Below, one piece after another: positions 1 to 7,630 of a DNA stretch of 40,766 nucleotides. The notes under the pieces were generated by a model that saw only the letters and a program-made list of their open reading frames with translations, did no database searches and was not told the DNA's origin. The position numbers were made by a program, and so were the translations under genes. This DNA is from a virus. Its lineage: Duplodnaviria; Caudoviricetes. The stretch is from positions 1-40,766 of IMG/VR virus record IMGVR_UViG_3300044820_000046, one strand, 5' to 3'. The stretch's first letter is position 1. Every line of letters starts with the position of its first letter.

Positions 1-1
1 T

Positions 2-112
2 TTGAAAGCGCCTAAATACAACAAAGAAGCGCTCCATAACCTCATGACCAGTCTCGGTTTCGATCACACGCTATTTAACGCTGGCTGGCTAGTGGTCAGC
101 CATTACCGATGA
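2..112 (+). CDS. 3' end of a possible gene running in from the left edge (hypothetical)
   Basis: Open frame LKAPKYNKEALHNLMTSLGFDHTLFNAGWLVVSHYR* from base 2 to TGA 110-112; no recognisable motif. Confidence 0.3.
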   Translation: MKAPKYNKEALHNLMTSLGFDHTLFNAGWLVVSHYR

Positions 113-116
113 GGCG

Positions 117-166
117 CGAATCAAAATCCGGCTGACAGGATTCTCCGAATGCGTATAAATCGGAGG
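117..166 (+). promoter_or_regulatory. Putative sigma70 promoter and RBS of the FtsK-like gene, with GANTC sites
   Basis: CGAATCA 117-123, CTGACA 132-137, GATTC 139-143, TATAAA 154-159, GGAGG just before ATG 168. Confidence 0.4.
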
Positions 167-167
167 T

Positions 168-2147
168 ATGTGGTTCATGCGCCCGAAGATCGACACAACC
201 GACGCGATGACATGGCTCAACTGGCTGGTGCCGGGTGGGCCGTGGACGCTGGTCGCATGCAAGGGCCACGATCCCATCGAAGCGCGGCTTTGCAGCGCCG
301 CTGACGCCCCTTCCTTCCTCGCCAGCCACACACAGCGGGGCCGCATTGTCCGCGTGCTCCTGGGCCAGCCTGCGCCGGGATGGCGCACTTCCAAAGATGC
401 CCCACCCATCGTGCAGTCGCGCTATGTCGGGCTGGCCACATCGATCGCGCGCTTCAAGGAGTTGGACGAGGCCGCGCGCCCGTCGATATGGATCACGGCG
501 CAGGATCACGCAATTGCGGTGTGGCGGCTGAGTTTGCCGATCTCGGGAGATGAATCGCTCGCCGCAATCAGGAAGTTTGGCGCGGAGTTTGGCGGAAAGA
601 TATTGCCGGATATGATCCCGGTCCCGGATCTCGGGAATGGGTTCGCCCGGCACTCATTCCGGTTCGACCGGGACGCGATTGTGTGGCGTGGGCAGTTGCA
701 GTTCTCGCGCGGGCCACAGAAGGCGGCGCCGACCGCAACCCAGCAGCGCAAGCTCGAAGAGACGTTGCGACAGTTCAAGATTGGCGCGACCGTGACCGGC
801 ATGCATGTCGGGCCGGTTGTGACCTTGCTTGATGTGAAGCTCGCGCCAGGCACGAAGGCTTCTCAGGTCGTTACCATCGCAAAAGACATCGCTCGCGACA
901 TGGGTTGCACCTCGGCGCGCATCAATGAGGCCACGGGAGACGGCACAATCGGCATCGAACTTCCGAACAAGAAACGGGAGACGGTTACGTGGCGGCAGAT
1001 GATCGAAAGTGACGCCTTTCAAAACACAAAGGCCGCGCTCCCGATTGCGCTTGGCAAAGCTATCGACGGCACGCCAACCGTTGTCGATCTCGCAACGATG
1101 CCGCACGTCCTTATCGCGGGCACCACGGGCAGCGGAAAATCGGTTGGCATGAACGCAATGATCATGTCGCTGATCCTCAAACTTTCGCCTGTCGATGTGA
1201 ACTTCGTGATGATTGACCCGAAAGAGTTGGAGCTTGCGCCCTATGCGCGCATTCCGCATATGCTCGCGCCTGTTATCACCGAGCCGCAGAAAGCCGTCAT
1301 CGCCTTGACATGGGTCGTTTCCGAGATGGAGCGCCGATACAAGCGGCTGGCTGGCGCGGGCGTGCGCGACCTGGCGAGCTTCAACGCCAAGCGCCCCGGC
1401 GAACGCATGGCCCGCATTGTCGTCGTGATCGATGAGTTTGCGGATTTGATGATGACCTCGGAAAAAGAGGTTGAGCATGCGGTTCAGCGTCTTTCGCAAA
1501 AGGCGCGGGCGGCAGGCATTCATATCATCATGGCGACGCAGCGCCCGAGCGTTGACGTTGTGACCGGCGTGATTAAGGCAAATATGCCTGCTCGAATTTC
1601 CTTCTACCTGAAGTCACGGCATGACAGCGATACGATCCTCGGCTTGCCTGATGCAACGCAACTGCTTGGCCAGGGCGACATGCTGTATTTGTCGAGCAAG
1701 GGCGATTACGGCCGGTATCATGGCCCGTTCGTTTCGGATGATGACGTGGAGGCTGCGACGCGGCGGCTAAGTGGCGGCAACGCGCCTGTTTATGACGAGG
1801 GGCTTATGTCATCCCTGGATGGTGAGGACGGCCCCACCTTCGACAGCGACCGCCGCACGACGCGCATGGACGCCGCGCTTGATGTTTACGCCACACTCAC
1901 CGGCCCCATGCAAAACGCCGTGCGGTTTTTGATGACGTTTTTTCAATCTCGATTGCCGGCGACAACTGATCGTATTTTTGAGGCAGGAGCCCCGCACGGC
2001 ATCCGAGACGGCGGAACCTTTTATCGGGCGTGCAAGATGCTTCAGATCGAAAGCCGCTCCAACGGCAGCAATAAGCCCGCAACACTCATTCCTCCTGCCG
2101 AATGGCCCCTGGGCTTCGAATCCGTGCCTGTCGCGATGATGGCTTAG
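168..2147 (+). CDS. ftsK: FtsK-motor DNA translocase with degenerate RepB'-primase-like N-terminus and C-terminal winged helix
   Basis: FtsK alpha domain (GPVVTLLDVKLAPGTKASQV...IGIELPN), Walker A AGTTGSGKS, IDPKELEL, Walker B VVVIDEFADL, KARAAGIH, ATQRPSVDV. No N-terminal TM segments and no gamma-domain IGYNRAA motif. Confidence 0.9.
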   Translation: MWFMRPKIDTTDAMTWLNWLVPGGPWTLVACKGHDPIEARLCSAADAPSFLASHTQRGRIVRVLLGQPAPGWRTSKDAPPIVQSRYVGLATSIARFKELDEAARPSIWITAQDHAIAVWRLSLPISGDESLAAIRKFGAEFGGKILPDMIPVPDLGNGFARHSFRFDRDAIVWRGQLQFSRGPQKAAPTATQQRKLEETLRQFKIGATVTGMHVGPVVTLLDVKLAPGTKASQVVTIAKDIARDMGCTSARINEATGDGTIGIELPNKKRETVTWRQMIESDAFQNTKAALPIALGKAIDGTPTVVDLATMPHVLIAGTTGSGKSVGMNAMIMSLILKLSPVDVNFVMIDPKELELAPYARIPHMLAPVITEPQKAVIALTWVVSEMERRYKRLAGAGVRDLASFNAKRPGERMARIVVVIDEFADLMMTSEKEVEHAVQRLSQKARAAGIHIIMATQRPSVDVVTGVIKANMPARISFYLKSRHDSDTILGLPDATQLLGQGDMLYLSSKGDYGRYHGPFVSDDDVEAATRRLSGGNAPVYDEGLMSSLDGEDGPTFDSDRRTTRMDAALDVYATLTGPMQNAVRFLMTFFQSRLPATTDRIFEAGAPHGIRDGGTFYRACKMLQIESRSNGSNKPATLIPPAEWPLGFESVPVAMMA

Positions 2148-2149
2148 GG

Positions 2150-2578
2150 TTACGCCTTCCAGTCTTCCGTGATCTCGGTCATTTTTTCCGGCAGGCTTTC
2201 CGAATAGCCACTCAACCACCCGCCGTAATATCCGTTGCTGCTGTTTCGGAACACGATATCGCAAATGCCCTTATCGGTCGTGATCTTGTAACCATACGCC
2301 GCATCTTCTTCCTGTCGTCCGCGTCCATCATCGACATTGTATCCGTCCATGCTGATTTCTTCCGCCGCAGATACGGTGCCTCCGATCAGCGCCGGAACAC
2401 CGACGATATCCGCAAACCACGACTCCGAACAGCAGTCTCCGAAAACGGCAAAAGCGACAATTCCCGCGTCGGTATCAAACGCCAAAACGGACTGATCGTC
2501 GTTGATGGAAATTCGGCTTGTCTTTTTACCGACAAGCGCTGTCATTCCAGGTTCATCGCTACACATATTGTCCTTCAC
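2150..2578 (-). CDS. Conserved-looking acidic phage hypothetical protein
   Basis: Motifs GDCCSESWFADI and YKITTDKG..DIVFRNSSNGYYGG resemble a small phage protein family; converges on ftsK with a 2-nt gap. Start uncertain. Confidence 0.7.
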   Translation of the reverse strand: MKDNMCSDEPGMTALVGKKTSRISINDDQSVLAFDTDAGIVAFAVFGDCCSESWFADIVGVPALIGGTVSAAEEISMDGYNVDDGRGRQEEDAAYGYKITTDKGICDIVFRNSSNGYYGGWLSGYSESLPEKMTEITEDWKA

Positions 2579-2685
2579 CTTCTGCCGTTCATTTTACCGT
2601 AATTCGTTAAGCTCTCCTCCTCCGCCAGCCGTTTTGGACGGGGTTTTGATCGATTTTCCTGGAGATACCAGGGCAACCCGCCTGA

Positions 2686-2859
2686 TTTGCGGGGTGAGCG
2701 CGGTTTGCGGGGTAGGCTGACGCGGGGTAGCGCGGGGTAGGCGCTAACATGCACACTCCCACGCCACGCCGCAGCCACCCAAAAACCAACACTCCCACGC
2801 CAACACCGCACGTTCTTTCGCGGGCACCCCGCAGCCAATCCCGCACCTACCCCGCAAAC
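2686..2859. repeat. Iteron-like repeat cluster (GCGGGGTAG family, direct and inverted)
   Basis: TTTGCGGGGTGAG 2686, TTTGCGGGGTAGG 2704, CGCGGGGTAG x2 at 2721 and 2731. Perfect 14-bp inverted pair 2703-2716/2846-2859. ACACTCCCACGCCA x2 at 2753 and 2789. CCGCAGCCA x2. Confidence 0.85.
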
Positions 2860-4224
2860 TCATTCGCCGTGAACCACGGCCAGTACCGGACGCAACATAA
2901 ACCCCTGGTAATAGGTGTACTTTCGGCGCGTCTCGATGCGGTCGCTGCCGAGCTTATTTTTCATCGCCGTGCCGAAGTCTTTCGGAGAAAGCGCCTTCAG
3001 ATTGCGCGGCTCGCACCATGCAATATAGGCATCCCGGCATTGCCCTGCGGCGGCTTCTGTCCCGGCTTTTTCGATGATGGTCCCGCGCTGCATAGCGTCC
3101 TCGTACCATTCATCAACATCCCCCACATCTCGCATGTCCTCCAGGGCAGCCGCCTTCTTCGCCGCTGCCCCGGATGAACGCGGGACGGATTTACGCGGGA
3201 CCGGAGCCTTACCCTTGCGCTGCTTCGGTTGCGGTTTCGTTAATTGCTCTACCTGTGCGGATGTTTTGAGCGCGGCATCAACCTGTTCGGCTGGCGACGG
3301 CGCTTCCTCTATGCGGATCGGCGCGACTGGCGCGGACACGGTGAGGCGTTTTGACTCAGGTCGCGTCGTGGGGACGTATTCCTCAAAGCGGCGGACGGAG
3401 ACGCTTTCCGGTTCACGCGCCCCAAGCAGCATCAGGAGCGTGAACGGGCCGAACATGGCGACACCTTCGATTGCAAGCGCCGTCAAGATTGGCCGCGTTT
3501 CTGTGATCTGCTCATCGTCGGGCTGGTAGCCTGCGATCGAAAGAAGGCGCACAACCTTGGCTGCGGTCCCATCCGCATGCTGCGGAACGGCGCCGAGCAG
3601 TTTCAGGTCCGCGTTCTTGGTGTCGATCTGCGCCTGGATGTCGTCCGCACGGCGCGTCAATTCACGGTCGGCGGCAATGGTCGGAACCGCGTCAGCCGCT
3701 TCCCTGGAAACCTTCTCGGCGTCTATGCAGCGCTGCGCATAGGGGCGGTCGCATTGCGTCTGCGCTGTTTCCTTGGCGGTAGCCGCCTTGGTGAGCGCGG
3801 CTTTCAGTTTGTCTTCGCTCGTGAAGGTATGGGCCGGCACAGCCTTGAGCCGCGCTTCGAGATCCTTGATTTCCGCCCTCAATGCCTTGTCCTGCGAAAT
3901 CGTCTCGCGCGGCTTTTGCGTCGCCTGCTCCTGCCGGTGCGACGAGTTGTCGAGCGCGTTGAAGAAACTCAGCACAAAGCACAGCGCGCCGATTGCACCG
4001 AAGCAGATTTGCGCGAACAGGTTCTTGCTTTCGCGGATCGCGAACGGCGTCGCTGCGAGGATGATCACGCACACAGTTTGGAACGTCAGCGCCGTCACTG
4101 CGGAACTGTCTGATCCGCCCGTCCGGTAAACGTCCAGCGCATGCGGCCAGATGTTCGCGACCGCGCTCGGCGATAGGCAAAGCGCAGTGATTGCGGCGGC
4201 TGTGATTGTGCGACCTGACGGCAT
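2860..4224 (-). CDS. Membrane-anchored coiled-coil protein with C-terminal P4/D5-primase-type winged helix
   Basis: Three N-terminal hydrophobic segments, a coiled coil with a Cys pair, a fourth TM, a Pro/Lys linker, then DVDEWY...CRDAYIAWCEPRNLKALSPKDFGTAMKNKLG...YYQGFMLRP. GGGAG RBS. Confidence 0.8.
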   Translation of the reverse strand: MPSGRTITAAAITALCLSPSAVANIWPHALDVYRTGGSDSSAVTALTFQTVCVIILAATPFAIRESKNLFAQICFGAIGALCFVLSFFNALDNSSHRQEQATQKPRETISQDKALRAEIKDLEARLKAVPAHTFTSEDKLKAALTKAATAKETAQTQCDRPYAQRCIDAEKVSREAADAVPTIAADRELTRRADDIQAQIDTKNADLKLLGAVPQHADGTAAKVVRLLSIAGYQPDDEQITETRPILTALAIEGVAMFGPFTLLMLLGAREPESVSVRRFEEYVPTTRPESKRLTVSAPVAPIRIEEAPSPAEQVDAALKTSAQVEQLTKPQPKQRKGKAPVPRKSVPRSSGAAAKKAAALEDMRDVGDVDEWYEDAMQRGTIIEKAGTEAAAGQCRDAYIAWCEPRNLKALSPKDFGTAMKNKLGSDRIETRRKYTYYQGFMLRPVLAVVHGE

Positions 4225-4250
4225 GACGAAGGCTCCCCGTTTTCACGCTT

Positions 4251-4330
4251 CAAAGCGTCTTTCTGTCACAGCATCTAGTGCAAAAGATGTCGAGCCATCT
4301 AGCACGCTTGACACATAGACGAAAAGCTGC
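4251..4330. repeat. 8-bp-periodic degenerate array upstream of parA (operator/centromere candidate)
   Basis: In-phase octamers CAAAGCGT CTTTCTGT CACAGCAT CTAGTGCA AAAGATGT CGAGCCAT CTAGCACG CTTGACAC ATAGACGA AAAGCTGC; overlaps TTGACA at 4308. Confidence 0.6.
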
Positions 4331-4408
4331 CTTACCATTTTGTAAGCGAGGTGACTCCAGAAGGCAACGCACTTATGGTTAAGTGCGCATTGCCAAGGAG
4401 CGGGGACC

Positions 4409-5038
4409 ATGAAAATCATTACGTTAGCGCAGCAAAAAGGTGGCGTGGGAAAGACCACTGTTTGCGTTAACCTCGCTTGCCAAGCCCGAAGGCGTAAAAA
4501 GCGGGCAGTGATTCTCGATATGGACACCGAGCAAGGCTCGGCTTTTTTTTGGGGGGAGAGACGGCAGGAGGCGGGATTGCCGCCGATACCTGTTGTGCGC
4601 GTGAGGTCGCATGAATTGCCGACCGTTCTGGAACGGCTGCGCACCGAAAAAGCGGATTGGGTTTTAATCGATTTGCCGGGCCGGAATGTGCCGAGCGCCG
4701 GGCTAAGCATTGCCGATCTTGTTTTGCTGCCGTGTCGCCCTGTCGAGGACGATGTTAGGCCATCCTTAGCAACGGCCAAGGTATTGCGGACGGGCGGCGC
4801 GCGGTATGCCTACCTGATGAATATAGCGCCGTCAGCATCGGACAAATCGAGGGCGCGCAAGGTGGCTGCGGTTTTGAGCGATGCCGGGCACATCGTCGCC
4901 GGGGCGATCATCACGGAAAGGATGGGCGTCCCGGACGCGAACGCCCGAGGGATGGGCATCAACGAGCGCGAGCCAAAGAGCGAGAGCGCGCGCGAATACA
5001 GCGATCTTTACAAGTGGATAGAGGACCAACTTAAGTGA
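4409..5038 (+). CDS. parA: Short (type Ib, ParF-like) ParA partition ATPase
   Basis: Deviant Walker A QQKGGVGKTT, ILDMDTEQGS, Walker B VLIDLPG, ADLVLLPCRP; 209 aa with no N-terminal HTH. Confidence 0.92.
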   Translation: MKIITLAQQKGGVGKTTVCVNLACQARRRKKRAVILDMDTEQGSAFFWGERRQEAGLPPIPVVRVRSHELPTVLERLRTEKADWVLIDLPGRNVPSAGLSIADLVLLPCRPVEDDVRPSLATAKVLRTGGARYAYLMNIAPSASDKSRARKVAAVLSDAGHIVAGAIITERMGVPDANARGMGINEREPKSESAREYSDLYKWIEDQLK

Positions 5039-5328
5039 CAGTGAAAGGTGAAAAGAAAATGACACTCATGAACGCCGCGAAAGATGCGGCGACCCCGCCA
5101 GAGCCGTACAAGCCAGCAGAGGTCAGACCGACGTCTAACAAAAACCATGCGATGACATTTCGCATGTCTATGGAGACAAGGGACTTGCTTGAGAAGGTAG
5201 CCTTTGAGCAACGGACAACGGTTCAGGATGTCGTGGCGGTCGCCCTAGACGAGTGGCTTCGCAAAAAAAACATCGGCAGTTTCACGTATTACAAAAAGGT
5301 CAAGTCGTCTGAAAAACAAGACAGCTAG
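5035..5328 (+). CDS. Ribbon-helix-helix ParG-like centromere-binding partner
   Basis: GTGA overlap with the parA stop; flexible N-terminus then HAMTFRMSMETRDLLEKVAFEQRTTVQDVVAVALDEWLRK (beta-alpha-alpha RHH pattern). Alternative ATG at 5059. Confidence 0.82.
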   Translation: MTVKGEKKMTLMNAAKDAATPPEPYKPAEVRPTSNKNHAMTFRMSMETRDLLEKVAFEQRTTVQDVVAVALDEWLRKKNIGSFTYYKKVKSSEKQDS

Positions 5329-5388
5329 GCAGTGAGCGGCTTTGACCGCTAGACGTCTAGATGGCAAGATGTTGCGATAGCTAGAGGG
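5301..5388. repeat. 8-bp-periodic CTAGA array downstream of the RHH gene (parS/centromere candidate)
   Basis: In-phase octamers CAAGTCGT CTGAAAAA CAAGACAG CTAGGCAG TGAGCGGC TTTGACCG CTAGACGT CTAGATGG CAAGATGT TGCGATAG CTAGAGGG; perfect palindrome CTAGACGTCTAG 5349-5360. Confidence 0.75.
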
Positions 5389-5397
5389 AATCGCATC

Positions 5398-6159
5398 ATG
5401 ATTTATTTCGTCCATTCAGACCAGTACATCAAAATAGGCTTCTCTGGTGTGCAAAGCCGGGTGTTTGGGGACGACACTTACAATCCGCACGCCATGACGT
5501 TGATCGGGTCAATCCCTGGCGACGTCGAGCGCGAAAGGGAACTACACCAAGAATTTTCACACCTTAGGCACAGAGGGGAATGGTTCCGAGCTCATTACAG
5601 CCTTGTCTTTTTCATAGAAGAAAAACTCAAGGAAGAGGGGGCAATTTACGTTAACAGTAAGTTCTTGGCCACATTGAAAGGGAAGGCTAACCCCGTCAGG
5701 ATAGCTGAAGACATGGCTAAGCGCGCATTGAGCCACAAGAAGGACTTCGACGAGTGGGTAGAAAGAAACGACCCGGAGCGATTGGCTGAGTACGAACTTG
5801 AGTCTGCCTTAGAGGCTCTTAGCAACTATGCATTCTACATATACGAAGACGACAAAGACGGGGATGCCATTATTCAATGGGTCTTGAACCTTGTCATGGC
5901 CGTAAGAGAGTTCAACAAAGCAAGACCGATTGAGTTTGCAACCGACCGCAGCATAACGTGGTCAAGACTGCGTGCCGAAAGGTATTTCAGGCTGTTCAAC
6001 CCGTTTATCGGGGAAACAGGCTTGACAGCGCCAATCCACTACGACCCGTTTGATGTTCAGAAGTATGTGAAACCTGAAATTAAGAAAAAGATCAGGTGTG
6101 TTCAGGAGATTGTAAAAACCGCTGCCGAAGACGCTAAAAACAAGCCAAAAGCAGCATAA
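5398..6159 (+). CDS. GIY-YIG superfamily (T5orf172/MUG113-like) domain protein
   Basis: MIYFV...YIKIGFS...NPH..TLIGSIPG...ERELHQEFSHLRHRGEWF; more AT-rich than its neighbours. Confidence 0.85.
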   Translation: MIYFVHSDQYIKIGFSGVQSRVFGDDTYNPHAMTLIGSIPGDVERERELHQEFSHLRHRGEWFRAHYSLVFFIEEKLKEEGAIYVNSKFLATLKGKANPVRIAEDMAKRALSHKKDFDEWVERNDPERLAEYELESALEALSNYAFYIYEDDKDGDAIIQWVLNLVMAVREFNKARPIEFATDRSITWSRLRAERYFRLFNPFIGETGLTAPIHYDPFDVQKYVKPEIKKKIRCVQEIVKTAAEDAKNKPKAA

Positions 6160-6168
6160 GGAGGCCCC

Positions 6169-6492
6169 ATGTCCGAATCTAACTCTGAAATCAACCGCAT
6201 AGCCGCCGAGGCACACGAACTCCTAAAGGACATTCCGCCCGAGCGTCTACTCTCGATCATGGCCAAGAAAGCCCGCTCTTTCGGTTTCAAGGAGCAGGAG
6301 CGGGCGTTTAAGTCTGCCTTGCGTCGTTTGTGGCTGCGTCGTCTATGGGAGGAGGTTCTGGCGTGGGGCTCCTGGATGGCATTCGATAGCCCGGCCCCTG
6401 GCTCATGGGGAATGCAGCTTGCTCGCATCTTTGTGTGGATGGACATCCTGCATACGGCTCTCAGCTATCTTCCGAACCCGCCAGTGCATTGA
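6169..6492 (+). CDS. Hypothetical protein
   Basis: AGGAGG RBS directly after the previous stop; operonic position. Confidence 0.6.
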   Translation: MSESNSEINRIAAEAHELLKDIPPERLLSIMAKKARSFGFKEQERAFKSALRRLWLRRLWEEVLAWGSWMAFDSPAPGSWGMQLARIFVWMDILHTALSYLPNPPVH

Positions 6493-6502
6493 AGGCCGCC
6501 CA

Positions 6503-6715
6503 ATGATCACCCTCCCAGACCCAAAGGTGCCCGACCTCTGCCTGACCCTCGCAACAAAACCCGCCACAAATGACATCGACGCGGCCCGCAACATCGCCGC
6601 AACGATCCGCGAGGCATGTGGCCCGAGCGAGTTGACGCGGTTGCTTGATCGGATGGCTGAGGAGGTTGAATGGCTTCGGGCAGGGGCAGGAGGCAACGCA
6701 AGGAGGATCGCATGA
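6503..6715 (+). CDS. Hypothetical protein (70 aa)
   Basis: ATG 6503 after GAAGG; ATGA overlap with the next gene. Confidence 0.6.
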   Translation: MITLPDPKVPDLCLTLATKPATNDIDAARNIAATIREACGPSELTRLLDRMAEEVEWLRAGAGGNARRIA

Positions 6716-6963
6716 GCAACCACATCTCAACCCTAAAAGCCGCCGTAATGAACGAAGCCGCCTACACAGCCGCCGTCGCCGAACTCCGCGCCAGCAACCC
6801 AGCGCGAACCGAGTTGGCGCACATCTGCCGGGCTTTGACGCAATACAATCCGGGGCCGCGCGACACGATTGTGAATATTTACGAACGGATTGAGCGATAC
6901 GGCCATTGCGAGCGCAGACATGCGGCGCGGGCGGCTGTTTCGCGGCGAGTGATGCCGATTTAA
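6712..6963 (+). CDS. Hypothetical protein (83 aa)
   Basis: AAGGAGG RBS; ATGA coupling to the upstream gene. Confidence 0.7.
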   Translation: MSNHISTLKAAVMNEAAYTAAVAELRASNPARTELAHICRALTQYNPGPRDTIVNIYERIERYGHCERRHAARAAVSRRVMPI

Positions 6964-6977
6964 AGAAGGAGGGAAAC

Positions 6978-7214
6978 ATGCTTTTGCAGGTCGAAGACCC
7001 AAAAACCAGCGAAGACTTCGTGAGGATACTTCACGACCACGCTACGCCGCTTCCGTGGCAAGAAGCAAAGCTGCACTCGGGACAATGGTGCATCATCGAC
7101 GCCGAAGGGCAGGAGGTGTGCAGGCTTTCTTGCGGGGCTCGGAGTGAGGTTGTTGCCGCAATGCTTGTCGTTGCAGTGAACACCTGCGGCAGCTTCAAGG
7201 CTGTGCGCGAATGA
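6978..7214 (+). CDS. Hypothetical phage protein (78 aa)
   Basis: AAGGAGG RBS; TPLPW...IIDAEGQEVC...VAVN pattern typical of small phage early proteins. Confidence 0.75.
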   Translation: MLLQVEDPKTSEDFVRILHDHATPLPWQEAKLHSGQWCIIDAEGQEVCRLSCGARSEVVAAMLVVAVNTCGSFKAVRE

Positions 7215-7483
7215 CCGCAACCCTGGACAAGATCGAGCGTCATCTCCGCAAGCTCGGCCGCACAGAAGATGCGGCGGCCATTGTGCGGCTGCGAGTGGAG
7301 AACCAGACGCTTTCGCAGCAAGTTTCGGAAATGCGCGGGATTATCGAGGCATTTCTTGGCGGCGATCCGAAAATGACGCCCATGATCGGAGGAAATCCGA
7401 ATTACGTTGAGGCGTTTTTGGAGCGGGCAAGGAGCGCGACAATCCTTCCGCTTGACGATCCTCACAAAGCACTGCATCTGTGA
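7211..7483 (+). CDS. Hypothetical coiled-coil phage protein
   Basis: ATGA overlap with the upstream gene; last gene before the terminator. Confidence 0.7.
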   Translation: MTATLDKIERHLRKLGRTEDAAAIVRLRVENQTLSQQVSEMRGIIEAFLGGDPKMTPMIGGNPNYVEAFLERARSATILPLDDPHKALHL

Positions 7484-7587
7484 GCAACGTCCTGCGGCGT
7501 TCGGCTCGCAGGGCGTCACCGTCGAGGCTCTGATACAGCCCATGTCTCCAACGCGCTCGGCGAAGGTTGCACTTGACCGCAACATAG

Positions 7588-7625
7588 AACCCCGTCCTCG
7601 ATGCGGTACCGAGGGCGGGGTTTTT
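7588..7625 (+). terminator. Rho-independent terminator between the convergent early and late arms
   Basis: Stem AACCCCGTCCTCG/CGAGGGCGGGGTT followed by a T run. Confidence 0.85.
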
Positions 7626-7630
7626 GCGTT

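Noticed and set aside
2575-2846. ORFs of 79-87 aa across the repeat cluster
   Set aside because: Low-complexity translations of the DNA repeats, with no RBS or protein-like pattern.
2686-2859. Possible CRISPR mini-array
   Set aside because: Repeats are 9-14 bp, irregularly spaced and in both orientations; no cas genes.
4308-4338. TTGACA...TACCAT as the parA promoter
   Set aside because: The spacer is 19 bp; plausible but too weak to list separately.
7526-7545. Hammerhead ribozyme core
   Set aside because: CTGATAC does not fit CUGANGA and no properly placed GAAA is present.
1-7630. dif/Xer site or integrase/att accompanying FtsK
   Set aside because: No XerC/D-like 28-bp site or recombinase gene recognised by eye in the window.
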